DNA from: Promethearchaeum syntrophicum | GTDB lineage: Archaea; Asgardarchaeota; Lokiarchaeia; Sigyniarchaeales; Promethearchaeaceae | Length of the DNA: 32,000 bases | Direction of reading: 5' to 3' | Assembly: GCF_008000775.2 (NCBI RefSeq) | Contig: NZ_CP042905.2 | Location: forward strand, 3,090,001 to 3,122,000 | Part shown: positions 27,972-32,000 of the stretch, piece after piece | Position numbering within the stretch: position 1 is the stretch's first letter | Layout: every line of letters starts with the position of its first letter | Made by a program: the position numbers and the translations under genes | The notes under the pieces: model-generated | What the model was told of the DNA's origin: nothing | Databases searched by the model: none | Seen by the model: only the letters and a program-made list of their open reading frames with translations

Positions 27972-29495
27972 TTGAATTATCGCATTTCTTTATTTATGAG
28001 TTCTGACATATTATATGATCTTATTTTTATTGGCTCTGGACCAGGTGGATATCATGGAGCAATAAGAGCTTCTAGTTATGGTGCGAAAGTGGCTTTAATA
28101 GAAAAATACGAACGTTTTGGAGGAACATGTAGCAATTGGGGCTGTATTCCAACCAAAGCTCTTTATTCATCTGCAAGACTTATTGCAGAAATTAAGAAGA
28201 AATCAAAAAAATTCGGTATTAACATCAACGGTGGTATGACACTAGATTTTTCCAAAGTAGTCGAACATAAAAATAACGTTGTAAAGGAATTAACTTCAGG
28301 AATCGCCCAACTTCTAAAAATGAAAAAAGTAGCAATTTTTAATGGCTTTGGTTCATTATTGAAAGGTGATATCTATAATAATTTTGAAGTTTTAGTCAAA
28401 AATGGAGAGACTGAAACTATTATTAAAGGTAAGCGTGTCATTTTAGCAACAGGTTCTGCTCCCGCTGATATCCCTGTATTTAATATAGATCACAAACAAA
28501 TTCTAAATTCCGATGATATCTTAGATTATAAGAGAGGCTTGACCGAAGCGCCAAAATCGCTTATTATTATAGGGGGAGGAGTAATTGGATGTGAATTTGC
28601 AAATATTTTTGCGGAATTTGGAACGAAAGTCACCATTTTAGAATATTTACCCAGGATTTTAGCTACTGAGGAGAAAATAATTGTTAAACAACTGAAAAAA
28701 GAATTTAATCACTTGGGAATTGAGATTTGCGAAGGAAAGAATGTTCTTTCAGTAAAATCTGATGGAGTAGAAGTTACTGCGGTTACTTGCGATGCCACTA
28801 TACCTCGAGATCAACTAAAAGATGCCGAGACTCAGATTTTCAAAGCAGAAAAATGTCTTGTATCAATTGGGCGAATAAAAGTATCTGAAGGGCTTGGATT
28901 AGAAAAATTCAATATTAATCTGCTAAGAGGTGCAATCCCGGTAAATAGAGAAACAATGGAAACTCCATTTACAGGGATATATGCCATAGGAGATTGTACT
29001 GGATTGCTAATGCTTGCTCATTTTGCATCCCATCAAGCAGATATTGCGGTAATAAATTCCTTGAGTAGCATTGGGGGTTTTGAAGATGTATTCCCGCAAA
29101 AAGTTGATTTTTCAACTGTTCCCGCTACTATCTTTACACACCCAAATATTGGTTCTGTTGGACTTAGACATAAAGAAGCTAAAGAAAAATATGGAGAATT
29201 ACTCGTAGGACGTTTCTCCTATGCAAGTTCTGGAAAAGCAAAGTGTATGGACGAAGAAGACGGAATGCTTATGGTCATTGTCAATAAATGGACTGATAAA
29301 ATTGTTGGAGCTTCTTGTATTGGTGAAGCAGCACCCGAATTAATTTCAGAAATATCAGTTGCCATGCGATTAGGAATTACAGCCCATCAATTAACAAGTG
29401 TAATTCATTCCCATCCAACGTTGTCTGAAATAGTATTAGAAGCAGTTGAAGATGTTCACGGAATGGCAATCCATAAAGCGGGTCGACGAAGATAA
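27972..29495 (+). CDS. lpdA: Dihydrolipoamide dehydrogenase-like flavoprotein disulfide oxidoreductase
   Basis: GSGPGGYHGAIRA, GGTCSNWGCIPTKAL, VIGCEFANIFAEFGTKVTILE, TGIYAIGDCTG, HSHPTLSE. Start is probably one of the internal Mets. Confidence 0.9.
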   Translation: MNYRISLFMSSDILYDLIFIGSGPGGYHGAIRASSYGAKVALIEKYERFGGTCSNWGCIPTKALYSSARLIAEIKKKSKKFGININGGMTLDFSKVVEHKNNVVKELTSGIAQLLKMKKVAIFNGFGSLLKGDIYNNFEVLVKNGETETIIKGKRVILATGSAPADIPVFNIDHKQILNSDDILDYKRGLTEAPKSLIIIGGGVIGCEFANIFAEFGTKVTILEYLPRILATEEKIIVKQLKKEFNHLGIEICEGKNVLSVKSDGVEVTAVTCDATIPRDQLKDAETQIFKAEKCLVSIGRIKVSEGLGLEKFNINLLRGAIPVNRETMETPFTGIYAIGDCTGLLMLAHFASHQADIAVINSLSSIGGFEDVFPQKVDFSTVPATIFTHPNIGSVGLRHKEAKEKYGELLVGRFSYASSGKAKCMDEEDGMLMVIVNKWTDKIVGASCIGEAAPELISEISVAMRLGITAHQLTSVIHSHPTLSEIVLEAVEDVHGMAIHKAGRRR

Positions 29496-29541
29496 AATCT
29501 TTATTTTTTTTATCCTTTCTTAATTTTTTCCCTCATACCAG

Positions 29542-30408
29542 TTATGACAAATTGCCTGAATAAAAGGGATATAAGGGATTAATTCCAAATTTTATTATCC
29601 AATACAAATTGTAAAGAACAACAAATATCGTACTTATTAATAGAGTCAACAATAACGGATATTTCAAAGGATTTACTTTTTTAAACGCAATGAATGTAAT
29701 CGTTACAATAGTCGCGATGAGATGTAATAATAATAATATAAACCCACTCTCCCCTTGAATAGCCGCATATCCATCAATTACAGAATAACCCAAAGAAAAA
29801 AATATGATTAACACTAATTCATCAATCATTATTGGTTTTTCTTCATCTAAAAGCTGTTCTGCCACCAAAGCGATTATTAAATATCCAAAATATGTAATAT
29901 GTATTAGAGTATGCCCAAACCATTCATCCATGAACCATGCATAAATGAACATTTCCTTATATTCACTATTTAATGCAATTCCATGTGTCGAATCAATTGC
30001 ATTTACAATTTCAAATCCCAAATGTGAAAAATGGCCCATACAATTTAATATGATTAATACTACCACACCAATTTCAATCGCAAATATCATTATCTGGTTT
30101 TTTCGTTCATTAATATCAACCTTACTCAATAATTTTTTCATTAGAATGTAAAAAATAACTCCAAGAATTGGACCCAAAAAAATAATTTGTAAAAGATAAT
30201 TCCATGAAATATTCGCGTATTGGGTATCATTTGAATAATTCACATTTACACTTAATTGAAATGAACCATATCCCACATACCTGGATAAATATAAGAAAAA
30301 TCCAAGTGGAATGAGAAAAATCATTAGAAACCAAATACCATTATGATATTTCTTTATTCTCTCCTTTATCTTCTTAGATTTCTCTTCTTCATTTATTACC
30401 AAATTCAA
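29542..30408 (-). CDS. Polytopic membrane protein of unknown function
   Basis: Multiple TM segments with His residues in MDEWFGHTLIHITYFGYL. Confidence 0.65.
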   Translation of the reverse strand: MNLVINEEEKSKKIKERIKKYHNGIWFLMIFLIPLGFFLYLSRYVGYGSFQLSVNVNYSNDTQYANISWNYLLQIIFLGPILGVIFYILMKKLLSKVDINERKNQIMIFAIEIGVVVLIILNCMGHFSHLGFEIVNAIDSTHGIALNSEYKEMFIYAWFMDEWFGHTLIHITYFGYLIIALVAEQLLDEEKPIMIDELVLIIFFSLGYSVIDGYAAIQGESGFILLLLHLIATIVTITFIAFKKVNPLKYPLLLTLLISTIFVVLYNLYWIIKFGINPLYPFYSGNLS

Positions 30409-30668
30409 GTTTTTTCACTTCTTCTAAAGTAACATACCACAACTTATAATAAAATTCGATCTCACATCAAATAAGATTTTCCCCTCATGATAAAGACGGC
30501 ATTGCTCCATTCTGATTTTTTTCTCTTCTAATGAAAAAAGTTATAAATAAATTACTTGAGAGTTATATGTAAAGGATTTTAGGAAATTTACTAGTTTCAT
30601 TAATTAATAGAATTAAATTACGGATGACATAAATGAGTGAACAAGAATGAGGTTAAACGGAAAAAATA

Positions 30669-31985
30669 ATGATGGGGGATTTAATATTGGCGGATAAAAT
30701 CAGCGCTTTTACCCGTTTTTTAAAATTTCAAGTGTTAATTATTGGTTTTATAAAAATGGGAGAATTCGTATTTTTCTTTTTTGAACAAAATTATATCAAT
30801 TTATATGTTGAACAGATTTTGGGGAAAAGTGAATATTATGTCTCTTGGTTAGTCTCCCTTAGTGCCGTAATGGGTATAATTTTTCAATTTGTTTGGGGTG
30901 TTATCAGTGATAATACACGGTCAAAGTATGGTCGAAGGCGTCCATTTTTTATCTTTGGAGGATTCCTTGCTGGGATATCTATGATTATATATGCGTTTTC
31001 AAAAAGCTATTGGTTATGTTTAATTTTAGACGGAATTATTATTGCTATTGGCACCAATGCTTATCTCGCTGCAGAACATTCTCTTATCCCGGATATATTT
31101 GAGAAAAAACTACGAGGGAGAGCAAATGGTATTATTTTTGTAATGGGTAATATCGGAATGGTTATTGCTTTAGCCCTATTTCTTATTACTGAAGAAATTT
31201 TTGGGTATGAAGGACCTCAAGGAGGGACCATTCTTGAATCAACAGGTTTTATATTATTACTAACAGTTGGAGGTGCATTTATCATTATTGGAGGTATTCT
31301 TGGATTTTTATTCGTTCGGGAAAAACCTACAGATGAACTTCAACCGAGAAAGACATTTAAAGCCGAAATGAAAGAGACATTTAGAGTAAGTGAATTAAAA
31401 AACCATAAGGAATTTGGAAAGAACATTTTAGCAAATATGGTTTTCAGAATTGGGTATTCGACTATTATGCCGTTTCTTTTCAGTTATATTTTCAGTTTGG
31501 GAATGGATTTAGTTGAACTTTTAATTTCCATAATGGTTGTATCATTTCCATTAGTTTTTATATTTACATACGTAATTGGGGTATTAAGTGATAAATATGG
31601 AAGGAAGAAATTCTTGATTATTACACTTTTTATTATGGCTTTAGGATTGAGTTTAGTTCCTCTTATTGGCGGACCAAGTGATTACAGTTATGCTTTGATC
31701 CTCCTTTGTTTTCCATTTATTATGATTACCCTTTTGGGTTTTGATGCTCCTATGAATTCTTGGACTCAAGATTTATTACCAGAAAATAAACGAGGACAAT
31801 TTATTGGAATAATGAATATAACCATGAATGTCCCCCAAATAATCGGTTCCTTTATAGCTGGTTATGTGGCTATAGAATACGGGAAACAATGGATATTTCC
31901 TACAGCAGGTGCATTCTTAATACTTTCGATCCCCTTTTTCCTTTGGATCAAAGATACTCTTGGTCCGAAATCAGATCCCGAATAA
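30669..31985 (+). CDS. MFS transporter, GPH/SLC45-like
   Basis: FQFVWGVISDNTRSKYGRRRPFFIFGGFLAG, IGTNAYLAAEHSLIPDI, LLPENKRGQFIGIMNITMNVPQ. Confidence 0.88.
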   Translation: MMGDLILADKISAFTRFLKFQVLIIGFIKMGEFVFFFFEQNYINLYVEQILGKSEYYVSWLVSLSAVMGIIFQFVWGVISDNTRSKYGRRRPFFIFGGFLAGISMIIYAFSKSYWLCLILDGIIIAIGTNAYLAAEHSLIPDIFEKKLRGRANGIIFVMGNIGMVIALALFLITEEIFGYEGPQGGTILESTGFILLLTVGGAFIIIGGILGFLFVREKPTDELQPRKTFKAEMKETFRVSELKNHKEFGKNILANMVFRIGYSTIMPFLFSYIFSLGMDLVELLISIMVVSFPLVFIFTYVIGVLSDKYGRKKFLIITLFIMALGLSLVPLIGGPSDYSYALILLCFPFIMITLLGFDAPMNSWTQDLLPENKRGQFIGIMNITMNVPQIIGSFIAGYVAIEYGKQWIFPTAGAFLILSIPFFLWIKDTLGPKSDPE

Positions 31986-32000
31986 TGTAAAATGAGCATC

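Noticed and set aside
1-32000. A novel defence or mobile multi-gene system
   Set aside because: No transposase, integrase, phage, CRISPR or toxin-antitoxin signature and no linked set of unknown genes; the helicase, HEAT and EEP proteins are separated by unrelated genes on differing strands.

Overview
AT-rich archaeal chromosomal window, possibly from an Asgard/Loki-like genome (tentative, from general gene style only). The left part carries a classical archaeal information-processing cluster on the minus strand: rps19e, pdcd5, rpl39e, rpl31e, eif6, rplX/L18Ae, pfdA, ftsY, secE. An archaeal DnaG lies convergent to it. Two genes in this cluster are wrong or missing in the supplied ORF track. 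L39e (6861-7019) is absent. S19e is truncated at an internal TTG although the reading frame continues to about 7859 with no ATG/GTG/TTG start. The rest is ordinary chromosome: a DAG-kinase-like protein, a membrane-anchored C13 (legumain-like) protease, an ABC/FtsX exporter pair, a Ski2-like helicase with Cys clusters, several MFS transporters, a membrane-tethered EEP hydrolase, a cupin, a HEAT-repeat protein, a MarR+MFS cassette, a nitroreductase and a dihydrolipoamide-dehydrogenase-like enzyme. I see no CRISPR array, transposon, prophage or obvious new multi-gene system. The most interesting signal is a short plus-strand gene (11899-12294) whose frame is split by one in-frame TGA four codons after a Cys. 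It is either a selenoprotein candidate or a decayed/erroneous gene.
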